DNA of 64,000 bases from contig JAPDFW010000066.1 in the NCBI GenBank assembly GCA_028826165.1, forward strand, positions 124,001 through 188,000, given 5' to 3'. The position numbers and the translations under genes are program-made. The stretch comes from Anaeramoeba ignava BMAN (taxonomy: Eukaryota; Protista; Anaeramoebae). Positions 23,712 through 34,818 of this stretch are shown here, in pieces (the stretch's first letter is position 1; every line of letters starts with the position of its first letter). The notes beneath the pieces are model-generated. The model did not search any database. It saw nothing but the letters and a program-made list of their open reading frames with translations, and was not told the origin of the DNA.

Positions 23712-25058
23712 ATGTTTTCCAAAAAATCTAACTTAAAACAAAATAATTTAACAAATAATTCAATTAATTCAAATAATAATTTAACTAATTTAACAAATTT
23801 AACAAATAATTCAAATAATTTAATCAATTCAAATTATTTAATCAATTCAATCAATTCATTTAATTTAAATAATTCAAATAATTTAATCAATCCAAATAAT
23901 TCAAATAATTCAATTAATTCAATTAATTCAAATGATTCAAATAATTCAATCAATTCAATCAATTCAAATAATTCATTTAATTCAAATAATTCAAATAATT
24001 CAAATAATTCAATCAATTCAATCAATTCAAATTATTTAATCAATTCAATCAATTCAAATTATTCAAATAATTCATTTAATTCAAATAATTCAAATAATTT
24101 AAATAATTTAATCAATTCAATTAATTCAAATAATTCAAATAATTCAAATAATTCAATCAATTCATTTAATTTAATCAATTCAAATTATTCAATCAATTCA
24201 ATCAATTCAATCAATTCAAATAATTCATTCAATTCAAATAATTCATTCAATTCAAATAATTCAAATAATTCAAATAATTTAATCAATTCAATCAATTTAA
24301 ATAATTCAATCAATTCAAATAATTCATTCAATTCAAATAATTCAATCAATTCAAATAATTCAATCAATTCAAATAATTCATTCAATTCAAATAATTCATT
24401 CAAATCAAATAATTCAAATAATTCAAACAATTTAAATGAATCAAATGAATCAAATGAATCAAATAATTCAAATAATTCAAATAATTCAATCAATTCAATC
24501 AATTCAAATAATTTAAGCAATTTAAATAATTCAAATAATTCAAATAATTCAAATAATTCAAATAATTCAACCAATTCAATCAATTCAAATAATTCAATCA
24601 ATTCAAATGAATCTAATGAATCAAATGAATCAAATGAATCAAATGAATCAAATGAATCAAATGAATCAAATGAATTTAATGAATCTAATGAATTTAATCA
24701 ATCTAATGAATCAAATGAATTTAATGAATCCAATCAATCAAATTATTTAAATGATTTCCCCCCTTTCATATCGTTTAATGTATTGTGTAATAATTTTACT
24801 AAATCAATGGATTCCAATGTTAAACCTCAAATAGAAGGCGATCATTTTCAACAATCTTCTTCTATTGAATTTTCTGATTCTGAACAGAAAGATTCTTCTT
24901 TGACTTATTCAGGAGAATTAAATTTAAATTCAGATTCAAATTCAAATTCAAATTCAAATTCAAATTCAGATTCAGAACAAGATCCAAATTCAAAATTAAA
25001 ATTAGATAAAGAAATTTTCAAAGTGAATGTTCTTGATCAACGATCTAAAAGAAATTGA
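23712..25058 (+). CDS. Orphan Asn/Ser-rich protein (448 aa; ~330 aa encoded by in-frame 9-bp repeats); paralog of 25551-26009
   Basis: Long ATG-initiated ORF preceded by a TCATTTT cluster; AATTCAAAT/AATTCAATC/GAATCAAAT units stay in frame for ~1 kb; unique C-terminus shares motifs with the next ORF. Confidence 0.55.
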   Translation: MFSKKSNLKQNNLTNNSINSNNNLTNLTNLTNNSNNLINSNYLINSINSFNLNNSNNLINPNNSNNSINSINSNDSNNSINSINSNNSFNSNNSNNSNNSINSINSNYLINSINSNYSNNSFNSNNSNNLNNLINSINSNNSNNSNNSINSFNLINSNYSINSINSINSNNSFNSNNSFNSNNSNNSNNLINSINLNNSINSNNSFNSNNSINSNNSINSNNSFNSNNSFKSNNSNNSNNLNESNESNESNNSNNSNNSINSINSNNLSNLNNSNNSNNSNNSNNSTNSINSNNSINSNESNESNESNESNESNESNESNEFNESNEFNQSNESNEFNESNQSNYLNDFPPFISFNVLCNNFTKSMDSNVKPQIEGDHFQQSSSIEFSDSEQKDSSLTYSGELNLNSDSNSNSNSNSNSDSEQDPNSKLKLDKEIFKVNVLDQRSKRN

Positions 25059-25068
25059 TTTGAATATT

Positions 25069-25290
25069 TTCTTTTCTTTTATTAATTTTGCTTTTTTTTT
25101 AGTTTAATCTAAATAAAAAGTGAAATTAAAATTTTTGAATTAGAATTAAATTAAATTAATAAATGAATTTATTGTAAAATATTTTAAAATATCTAAATAA
25201 AAAGTGAAATTAAAATTTTTGAATTAAAATTAAATTAAATTAATAAATGAATTTATTGTAAAATATTTTAAAAATCTAAATTAAAATTAA
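25069..25290 (+). repeat. Two-copy proto-array of the 26.1-28.05 kb repeat, directly 3' of the first orphan ORF
   Basis: ATCTAAATAAAAAGTGAAATTAAAATTTTTGAATTA at ~25107 and ~25191; 25069-25143 is near-identical to 26069-26143. Confidence 0.85.
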
Positions 25291-25550
25291 ATTCAAAATT
25301 CAGGAAAAAAAATGGTTTGGACTCTTATTAAAATTCTCGAAAAGGAAAAAGCTTTAATTTTTCGAGATTTTGTCTATTTTTGGTCTTTCACACTACAAAA
25401 TTTATTTAAAAGAAAAAAATTTTTGTTTTTCAAGATTTTCATTACAAAATTTATTTAAAAGAAAAAAATTTTTGTTTTTCACTTTTTCTTTCATTCTTTT
25501 TCTTTGATTTTCTTTTTCTTTGATTTTCTTTTTTCTTTTTTCTTTTTGGA

Positions 25551-26009
25551 ATGGTTTCAAAAAAATCAAATTCAAAAATTACTTGTTCTCTTTCAACAGA
25601 TTTAGAATTTAATTGTGCATATCCAAAAGATGATCATTCAAGTGAAGATGACAGAATGAAGATTTCTGGTTCTTTTTTTTTATATCATTTGACTTATAAT
25701 TGTGATCCTGATTATGATGATTTTGCTAATTTTTATTTTAATGATTTTGCTAATTTTTATTCTGTTTATTATCCAGAGAATGTAGATCCAATCTCAAATG
25801 TTCAATTATCTAATATTGTACAAGTTCCTAATTCTCAAGAGAAAATTTCAGATTTAGATCAAGATCCAAATTCAATTAGAGATCAAGATCAAGATCAAGA
25901 TCAAGATAAAGATAAAGATAAAGATAAAGATCAAGATTCAAATTATGATTATGATTATGATAATGAATCAACTTGTTTATCAGATAGTGAATGTTTTAAA
26001 TATAAATGA
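25551..26009 (+). CDS. Orphan acidic protein (152 aa); paralog of 23712-25058
   Basis: ATG ORF preceded by a T-rich tract; MVSKKSNSK vs [14 protein letters not shown] vs YLNDF, SDLDQDPNS vs SDSEQDPNS. Confidence 0.5.
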   Translation: MVSKKSNSKITCSLSTDLEFNCAYPKDDHSSEDDRMKISGSFFLYHLTYNCDPDYDDFANFYFNDFANFYSVYYPENVDPISNVQLSNIVQVPNSQEKISDLDQDPNSIRDQDQDQDQDKDKDKDKDQDSNYDYDYDNESTCLSDSECFKYK

Positions 26010-26099
26010 ATTCCCTAATTTTTCTTCTTTTGTTCTGTTCTCTTTTTTTATTCTTTTTAATTTTTCTTTTCTTTTCTTTTATTAATTTTGCTTTTTTTT

Positions 26100-28055
26100 T
26101 AGTTTAATCTAAATAAAAAGTGAAATAAAAATTTTTGAATTAGATTAAATTAAATTAAATTAAATTCAAAATAATATTTAGTTTAATCTAAATAAAAAGT
26201 GGAATAAAACATTTTAAATTAAAATTAAATTAAATTTAATTAAATTAAATTAAATTAAATTAAAATTCAAAATAATATTTAGTTTAACCTAAATAAAAAG
26301 TGGAATAAAACATTTTAAATTAAATTAAATTAAATTAAATTAAATTAAATTCAATTCAAAATAATATTTAGTTTAATCTAAATAAAAAGTGGAATAAAAC
26401 ATTTTGAATTAGATTAAATTAAATTAAAATTAAATTCAAATTAAATTCAAAATAATATTTAAAATATCTAAAAAAGTGGAATAAAACATTTTGAATTAGA
26501 TTAAATTAAATTAAAAATTAAATTCAAATTAAATTCAAAATAATATTTAAAATATCTAAAAAAGTGGAATAAAACATTTTGAATTAAAATTAAATAAAAT
26601 TAAAATTAAATTAAAATTAAATTAAATTCAAAATAATATTTAGTTTAATCTAAATAAAAAGTGGAATAAAACATTTTGAATTAGATTAAATTAAATTGAA
26701 TTAAATTAGATTAAATTCAAAATAATATTTAGTTTAATCTAAATAAAAAGTGGAATAAAACATTTTAAATTAGATTAAATTAAAATTAATTTAAATTAAA
26801 TTCAATTAAATTCAATTCAAAATATTATTTAGTTTAATCTAAATAAAAAGTGGAATAAAAAATTTTGAATTAAAATTAAATAAAATTAAAATTAAATTAA
26901 ATTCAATTCAAAATAATATTTAGTTTAACCTAAATAAAAAGTGGAATAAAACATTTTGAATTAGATTAAATTAAATTAAATTAAATTAAATTAAATTCAA
27001 AATAATATTTAGTTTAATCTAAATAAAAAGTGGAATAAAACATTTTAAATTAAAATTAAATTGAATTAAATTCAAAATAATATTTAGTTTAATCTAAATA
27101 AAAAGTGGAATAAAACATTTTGAATTAAATTAAAATTAAATTAAAATTAAATTAGATTAAATTCAAAATAATATTTAGTTTAATCTAAATAAAAAGTGGA
27201 ATAAAACATTTTAAATTAAAAAAATTAAATTAAATTAAATTCAAAATAATATTTAGTTTAATCTAAATAAAAAGTGGAATAAAACATTTTGAATTAAATT
27301 AAAATTAAATTAAATTAAATTCAAAATAATATTTAGTTTAATCTAAATAAAAAGTGGAATAAAACATTTTAAATTAGATTAAAATTAAATTAAAATTAAA
27401 TTAAATTAAATTCAAAATAATATTTAGTTTAATCTAAATAAAAAGTGGAATAAAACATTTTGAATTAGATTAAAATTAAATTAATTAAATTAAATTCAAA
27501 ATAATATTTAAAATATCTAAATAAAAAGCGGAATAAAACATTTTGAATTAGATTAAATTAGAATTAAATTTAATTAAATTAAATTAAATTAAATTAAATT
27601 CAAAATAATATTTAAAATATCTAAATAAAAAGTGGAATAAAACATTTTGAATTAAATTTAATTGAATTAAAATTAAATTAAATTAAATTCAAAATAATAT
27701 TTAGTTTAACCTAAATAAAAAGTGGAATAAAACATTTTAAATTAAATTAAATTAAATTAAATTAAATTAAATTAAATTAAATTCAAAATAATATTTAGTT
27801 TAATCTAAATAAAAAGTGGAATAAAACATTTTAAATTAGATTAAATTAAAATTAATTAAATTCAATTAAATTAAATTCAAAATAATATTTAGTTTAACCT
27901 AAATAAAAAGTGGAATAAAACATTTTGAATTAAAATTAAATTAGAATTAAATTAAATTAAATTAAATTCAAAATAATATTTAGTTTAATCTAAATAAAAA
28001 GTGGAATAAAACATTTTGAATTAAAATTAAATTAAATTAGATTAAATTCAAAATA
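26100..28055 (+). repeat. 22-unit tandem array: constant ~58-bp repeat plus variable-length (TTAAA)n-type spacer, period 75-104 bp
   Basis: Core AATTCAAAATAATATTTAGTTTAATCTAAATAAAAAGTGGAATAAAACATTTT(G/A)AATT. The first G of the AAAAGTG core lies at 26120, 26199, 26300, 26389, 26476, 26564, 26661, 26750, 26850, 26941, 27030, 27105, 27196, 27274, 27354, 27445, 27528 (GCGG variant), 27632, 27722, 27816, 27910 and 28001. Confidence 0.95.
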
Positions 28056-28070
28056 TTTTTGAAATTAAAT

Positions 28071-28121
28071 TTTTCATTTTTCATTTTTCATTTTTTTCAT
28101 TTTTTTCATTTTTTTCATTTT
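28071..28121 (+). promoter_or_regulatory. Tandem TCATTTT initiator (Inr)-like cluster before the WD40 gene (example of a window-wide motif)
   Basis: Six TCATTTT copies end a few nt before ATG 28126; the same motif precedes most ATGs on the sense strand. Confidence 0.55.
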
Positions 28122-28125
28122 GAAA

Positions 28126-29511
28126 ATGATATTTGGAGGAAGAAGACCAAGGTCACCTCAACTAGCAGAAGCGATATTTGGGTCACCACCTAATCCATTT
28201 CGACGACAACGAGAGTCATTTGGGTTTCAATTTGGGGAACAACGAAGAATACCACGAGAAGCACAACCGCAATTAAATCAACAAACATTTCTTGAAAACA
28301 TGGATCCCAAAGTACAAGAGCAACAGGAGCAGCTAAACCCACAAGAGCGGAATGAGGATGAAATAGGGTTGCTGCGTAACGACAACCAGCGATTGCAGCG
28401 GCGCGATTCAGACGGATTTGATTTTGATACGAATCCATTTGGATTCAATTTAAGAAGAAATATGCAAAGAAACCCTTTTTCGTTCGGCCAAGAAACAGTG
28501 CCGATCCATCATCTCGAAAACGCACTAAATGAAAAAAAGAAGTTCTTAATCATCCCCGAACCGACAACGTCTCAGCACTGGCAGTTGAAGGACATGCTCC
28601 AGTATCCCGAAGAAGACCATCGAATTTTTTTTACTCGGGAATCAATGGTGAAATCATATGATTTTTCAAGTCAAGCAACGGAGACAGTAATGGAACTTTC
28701 CTATGCCCCAACATCATTAGCAGTGGGGCAAGGATTTTTAGCGACGGGATCATCCGACTCCAAACTGACTGTGCGGAATCTCGCGACAAAGGACCAAATA
28801 TTTCATTCAAATATCGGGGGGTCGATCAATAACGGATTGCATATTTCAAATGCATTTCGTGGACAGCTCTCGATTTTCGTTGCAAATAACGATGAGACAA
28901 TCAAGGTTTTCCGTCTGACCCAGTCTTCTGTTCAACTTGTTCACACAACAAACTTCAACGTTGCTGTCAACCAGATGTCACTAAGTTATGATGGAAAAAC
29001 ACTTGTAGCTGTCACTGATTCACACGACGTTTTCCTTGTTGATCCTCAACAAGAATACACCATTTTGAACACCTTAAAAGGACCGCAAGATGCCAATTTT
29101 TCTGTCTCTTGGTCGCCAGATTCAAACTATTTCGCCGTCGGTTCTCAAGACGGTTGCTGTTATATTTGGGACATCAGAAATTTCAACAAAGTTTTCTCAA
29201 TCATTGAGTTTCATCGCCAAAATTTGCGTGATCCTTCACCGATCCGCAATGTTAAATTTAGCAAGGAATATGATTTGTTGTTGATGTCTGAAGACAGCGA
29301 TTGGTTCTCTGTTATCGACTCAAGATCCTTTGATGCTCGTGAGTCGGTTCATTTTATTTCTGGTGGTTTGTCTGATATTAAAATTACTGGCGGTTGTTGG
29401 TCTCCTGATAGCGAAAATTTGTTCCTTTCAACTTCAAATGAAATTGTTAAACTTACAGTTGATTCTGTTATGAGAAGAAGTTTTCCTTTTGGAGATATTA
29501 ATTTGAATTAA
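28126..29511 (+). CDS. WD40 beta-propeller protein of the DUF2415 / Gid11 (Ylr149c) / SPBC2A9.03-like family (intronless)
   Basis: QHWQLKDML motif, GGSINNGLHI, VANNDETIKVF, NFSVSWSPDSNYFAVGSQDGCCYIWDIRN, IRNVKFS, C-terminal RRSFP; family assignment recalled from motifs. Confidence 0.75.
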   Translation: MIFGGRRPRSPQLAEAIFGSPPNPFRRQRESFGFQFGEQRRIPREAQPQLNQQTFLENMDPKVQEQQEQLNPQERNEDEIGLLRNDNQRLQRRDSDGFDFDTNPFGFNLRRNMQRNPFSFGQETVPIHHLENALNEKKKFLIIPEPTTSQHWQLKDMLQYPEEDHRIFFTRESMVKSYDFSSQATETVMELSYAPTSLAVGQGFLATGSSDSKLTVRNLATKDQIFHSNIGGSINNGLHISNAFRGQLSIFVANNDETIKVFRLTQSSVQLVHTTNFNVAVNQMSLSYDGKTLVAVTDSHDVFLVDPQQEYTILNTLKGPQDANFSVSWSPDSNYFAVGSQDGCCYIWDIRNFNKVFSIIEFHRQNLRDPSPIRNVKFSKEYDLLLMSEDSDWFSVIDSRSFDARESVHFISGGLSDIKITGGCWSPDSENLFLSTSNEIVKLTVDSVMRRSFPFGDINLN

Positions 29512-29620
29512 TTTGGAACAATTTTTTTTTAAACAAAAAACAAAAAAATAATAAAAAATAAATAAACAAATAATAAAAAAAAAGCAAATCTTTGTTTTGT
29601 TTTGTTTTGTTTTGTTTTGT

Positions 29621-29653
<33 letters not shown>

Positions 29654-29743
29654 ATTTCTTTCTTTTGAAAATGAATGAAAGAAAATGAATGGAATCAATT
29701 AATTCCTTTTTTTTTTTTTGTTCCAATTTCTTTTTTAATTCAT

Positions 29744-32252
29744 TTAATCATTTCGGAAAGTTTTCATAAATGAAATTATTTGATCTGGTACTTCCTCAAG
29801 AATTTTTGGTGTTGGACTTGCTTCTTTGTTTATTGGTTTCCCAATAATTCCGGTAATTTGCTTAGAAATTTCTTCATTCAAACTCATTTTTTCCCATAAA
29901 AGTGAAAAGGACTAAAAAAAGAAATTTTTTTTTAATAATAAAAAAAAGTGGAACAAAATTTTTTTTTTCTTTCTTACAGAAAAGCAAACTCGTTTAAGAT
30001 TTTCTCCACAAGTTTTTTGAGTAATTTTCTTTTGAAATGGAGCTCCAATTCTATTTAATAAATAATTTTTTTAATAATTTTTTTAATAATTTTTTAAATA
30101 AATAATTTTACTTGACAAAAATAACTGAAATTGGATAGTTTCCGGCTTCTGTTAAAACTTTAACTGTTTCATCAAAATCATCAATTTCTTTTTCCAAAAG
30201 AATCAAAATGATCTTTTTCAAAAATAAAATGAATGAAAAAAATTTATAAAATTTTAAATTCTAATTTTTGATTTTTTACAGAATAAGTGTTTCTATCGAG
30301 TAAATCATTCAAATACTTAATTGTGTTTTGAATTATTGCTGAAACTTTTGTCTTTCCTTCTCCTTTTGATGAATCTTCAATGTTTTTATTGTATTTCTCA
30401 ATAATTTCATCTGGTTTCATTTCAAGTGATTCTGCTAATGGTTTAACTTTATCACTGATTTGATAAGTCTATATATTCCAAATATAAAGAATTGGTTTTA
30501 TTTTTATTTGATTTTTATTTTTATTTTATTTTTTCTTTTACACTAATTGTTGATTTTGCATAATGATGAATAATTGAAATAAATTGATGAAGTAAAAATT
30601 GAAATCCGTTCTTATTTTCCTTAAAGATTTTTTTGTGAAATTGTTTCGCTTTCACATTTGATAAGTCAATTCTAAAAATTCAATTTAGATTCAATTAAAA
30701 AGATTTTTAATCAACAAAAATTTTTTTTTGGAAGTGGAAAAAAAAAAATGTCAAAAAATTTCTAAATACCCAATAACTGGTTTAATTACTAATCCTGACC
30801 AAACCTATTTATTTTTTGTTTGTTTTTTTTTTTTAATAAAGAAATTTGGAAAAATAACTGAAAAATTACATAATCAAAAATGGTTGCATTTTCAACATAA
30901 GGAATTAAAGGAGGGAAAAACGCTTTTTCTTGAGCATCTTCCATTACTTCATCATGAACCTTCTTGACATGCTCAAAAGTAATCAATCCAGAATTTTGAT
31001 ATCCTTTTTTTTTCTTTTGAATTTTTGGTTCAATCAATTCAAATTTTGTTTTTGAATCCAAAATTTTTCTGAAACGAGTCTCAAATATCCCAATTAAATC
31101 ATGTTTTCCTACTTTATTCCAATCGTAAACTTCAACACGGATATCAACCTTAAAATCATCAACACCTCCATTTAAAATAAATTCTTTCCAATCTGGATCT
31201 AAAGTCTGAAATATTAAATAGGAATCATAAGATTTATATTTAAAACGGAATTGATTTTCCAAAATTTACTTTTTTAATAACTTCTGTTTCATATTTCATT
31301 TGGAATTGTCCATTCGAGTCTTTAAAATAAAGCTTTAAATATGGATCTTTTAAATTTTTTTTTTTATTAAATTATTTTTGTTTTTTTATTTAATCAAATT
31401 TTTCTTTTTAATAATTCAAAAAAAAAACCTGACAATCCAAATCGATCTTTTTTATCTAATTTTTCTCCTTTTGCTTTAATTCTTAAACCTTTTACAACTT
31501 TTACTTTTTTTTGGACAGTTTTAAAATAATAATGTTTGTTTTCAATCTTTTAAAAAATTAAATTTAAAATCAAATTAAAAATAAAATTAAAAATAAAATT
31601 AAAAATAATTTTTGTTTTACTTGTTTATCTTCTGAAGGATGAGCAGGAATAACAATTTGCACTGGTTCATTTAATCCTTTAGGAGGTAATTGAGTTGCTT
31701 GAAGATTAAAAACAGCAATTTTTTCTTTATTCAAAACAACATCTTTTTTAAGTTTTTTTTCTTCGCTCATTAAAATCTAAAATAAAATATAAAAAATCAA
31801 TTATCAATTATAAATTATAAATAAAAATAATTTAATTGAATACTTCTGCGATATTGATAACAGAAAACCCTATTAATTCCTGTTCATCTGAATGTGGAAT
31901 TTCTTGAACAATCATTAAATGAAAAATTTGAGAAATACTAAAAACAAAAGGAATTTTAAATGGTTCTTCAAGTTTTAATTCTCCAGATTTATCTTTTAAT
32001 GCAGTTTTATTCATTTCAATCCATTTGTCTTCATGTGAATTAATTAAAAAGCAAACTAGATTTTCTTTTACTCTTTTTTGATAAACAAAAACAAAAACAA
32101 AAACAAAAGCAAAAAAGGAAAAAAAACAAAAAAACAAAAATAAATGATGATAAGTCAAATATGAGTAATAAATCTATTTTTTGTTTTCTAAATTACTTGA
32201 TTTTATCTTCAACTGGTTCAATATATCCTGTAATTTCAATAATAGGATTCAT
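29744..32252 (-). CDS. Copine-like protein (degenerate C2, C2, divergent vWA), ~12 exons
   Basis: Spliced model MNPIIEITGYIE...KWIEMNKT...; second C2 KLDKKDRFGLSDPYL...TEVIKKTLDPDWKEF...VEVYDWNKVGKHDLIG...KKKKGYQNSG; vWA-like VIGIDLS...YSIILILLEKEIDDFDETVKVLTEAGNYPISVIFVKIG...ILEEVPDQIISFM. All introns GT-AG and phase-consistent. Confidence 0.85.
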
Positions 32253-32289
32253 CACAACAAATAAAAAAATGATTTTTTGTAATCCAAAA

Positions 32290-33455
32290 AAAAAATAACA
32301 AAATCAAAATCAAAATCAAAATCAAAATATAAATCAAAATCAAAATCAAAATCAAAATCAAAATCAAAATCAAAATCAAAATCAAAATCAAAATATAAAT
32401 CAAAATATAAATCAAAATCAAAATCAAAATATAAATCAAAATATAAATATAAATATAAATCAAAATATAAATCAAAATCAAAATATAAATCAAAATATAA
32501 ATCAAAACATAAATCAAAATCAAAATATAAATCAAAATATAAATCAAAATATAAATCAAAATATAAATCAAAATATAAATATAAATATAAATCAAAATAT
32601 AAATCAAAATATAAATCAAAATATAAATCAAAATCAAAATATAAATCAAAATATAAATATAAATCAAAATCAAAATATAAATCAAAATATAAATCAAAAT
32701 CAAAATATAAATCAAAACCAAAATCAAAATATAAATCAAAATATAAATCAAATTCAAAATATAAATCAAAATCAAAATATAAATCAAAATCAAAATCAAA
32801 ATCAAAATATAAATCAAAATCTAAATATAAATCAAAATCAAAATATAAATCAAAATATAAATCAAAATCAAAATATAAATCAAAATATAAATCAAAATAT
32901 AAATCAAAATATAAATCAAAATATAAATATAAATATAAATCAAAATCAAAATCAAAATCAAAATATAAATCAAAATCAAAATCAAAATATAAATCAAAAA
33001 TAAAATCAAAATATAAATATAAATATAAATTAAAATCAAAATATAAATCAAAATATAAATCAAAAATATAAATATAAATATAAATCAAAATAAAATCAAA
33101 ATCAAAATATAAAATCAAAATATAAATCAAAATCAAAATATAAATCAAAATATAAATATAAATATAAATCAAAATATAAATCAAAATATAAATCAAAATA
33201 TAAATCAAAATCAAAATATAAATCAAAATATAAATCAAAATATAAATCAAAATCAAAATATAAATCAAAATATAAATCAAAATATAAATCAAAATATAAA
33301 TCAAAATCAAAATATAAATATAAATCAAAATATAAATCAAAATATAAATCAAAATATAAATCAAAATATAAATCAAAATATAAATCTAAATCAAAATATA
33401 AATCAAAATCAAAATATAAATCAAAATCAAAATCAAAATAAATCAAAATCAAAAA
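32290..33455. repeat. 1.15-kb compound hexamer microsatellite of interleaved CAAAAT and ATAAAT units between divergent genes
   Basis: Near-perfect 6-bp phase; source of the ILIY/DLYF pseudo-ORFs. Confidence 0.92.
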
Positions 33456-33763
33456 CAAAATCCAAATCATTTTTCCAGTTTTCATTCAAGTAAATTTTAT
33501 TTTCTCTTATAATTCAAAACTAAAAACTGTCTTTTATTTATATTTCTTTTTTTTTCCCTTTTTCAATTTAAATTTTTTTTTTTTTTTTGAATTAGATCGT
33601 AAAAAGAAAAAAGAAAAAAAGAGGAAAATTTTTTTTACTTTTTGGGACAATAAAAAAAATAAAAAAGAAAAAAAAAATTTTTTTTTAAATAATTTGTTTT
33701 TTTTGTGTCGTGGGAGCTCATTCAAAAACAAAAAACAAAAAACAAATTAAGAATAAATTTCTC

Positions 33764-34443
33764 ATGACTTTTTGTTTTTAAAAATTAAAACAAAAAACAA
33801 GTTGAAAAGAAAACAGAAAACAAAAAACTCAAATCATTTCTTTTCTTTTTTTTTTTTCCTTTTGTATATCCAACAATTTAAAAATTCAGACGAAAAACAA
33901 ATCGAACTGACAACAGAACGATTAGTTCTTCGTCCTTTAAGGTTATCTGATGCAAAAATACTAGCCGACCATTTACAAGATCCAAGAATAGGAAACAACG
34001 CATGGCATTTGGAAGAACCATTTACAGAACAACATATGGCCGAATTCATTGAAAGAGAAAAAGCAGATATGAATTGGTTGTTTTTGGCAATCACGACTAA
34101 GAACGATGATGCTATTGGTGTATTTGATGCTTTTTTTTATGCTGAAAATAAAGTCGCTGAAATTGGATATTGGCTTGGTTCCAAATTTTGGGGAAAAGGT
34201 TATGCTACTGAAGCTGCTGAAGGTTTCATCAATTACGTCTTCAATGATATGAAGCTAAATAAACTCGAGGCTACTGTTTTCCCTTCAAATAGAGCTTCTA
34301 CTCATGTTCTTGAAAAGCTTGGTATGGTTCAAGAAGGTTATCGAAAAAATCATATTTTTCATTCAGGTGAATTCTTTGATATTATTGAATTCGGTTTATT
34401 AAGATCTGAATATGAACAACAACATTCAATCAAAAAAAAATGA
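33764..34443 (+). CDS. RimJ/RimL-family GNAT N-acetyltransferase; probable 10-nt first coding exon
   Basis: LTTERLVLRPL, AEIGYWLGSKFWGKGYATEA, LNKLEATVFPSNRASTHVLEKLGMVQEG. The only plausible upstream ATG (33764) joins in frame through intron 33774-33889 (GTTTTT...TTCAG), giving MTFYEKQIELTTER. Confidence 0.85.
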
Positions 34444-34818
34444 TATTTTTTCTCAAATCTCCAAAAAAAAAAACACAAATCTTTCCAATTTTATTAATTT
34501 AAATTAAGATAAGTTCATAACTGGAAACTTTATCTTTTCTTTTTTTCAAACGTTTGAAAAATTTTTTTTTTTTAGGAATTTTTTTGGAAAATTTTTTTTT
34601 TTTTGGGATTTTGAGTTTTTTTTTTCTCTTTCTTTCTTTCTACTTCTTCTGTTACTTAAAATCTTATTTTTTTTTTTTAGTTTACGTGGGAAAATTTATA
34701 ATCATTTTCCTTTTGTAAATTAACAAAAAAAAAACTCAAAAAAAAAAATTATTTAATAAAAAAAAAAAACAACAAAAAATTTAATTTCATTTTTTTCTTT
34801 AATTTCTTTTTTTCTTTT

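Noticed and set aside
25394-25482. ~40-bp direct repeat (TACAAAATTTATTTAAAAGAAAAAAATTTTTGTTTTT) upstream of orphan 2 as a target-site duplication or LTR
   Set aside because: The two copies are almost adjacent and do not flank an element; a simple local duplication.
26100-28055. Bona fide CRISPR array
   Set aside because: Eukaryotic context, no cas genes, repeat longer than typical, and spacers are variants of one TTAAA microsatellite rather than unique acquired sequences. Kept only as a structured satellite.
32236-33485. Long ILIY/DLYF ORFs (up to 374 aa)
   Set aside because: Stop-free frames of a hexamer satellite with no unique sequence; most begin at non-ATG codons.
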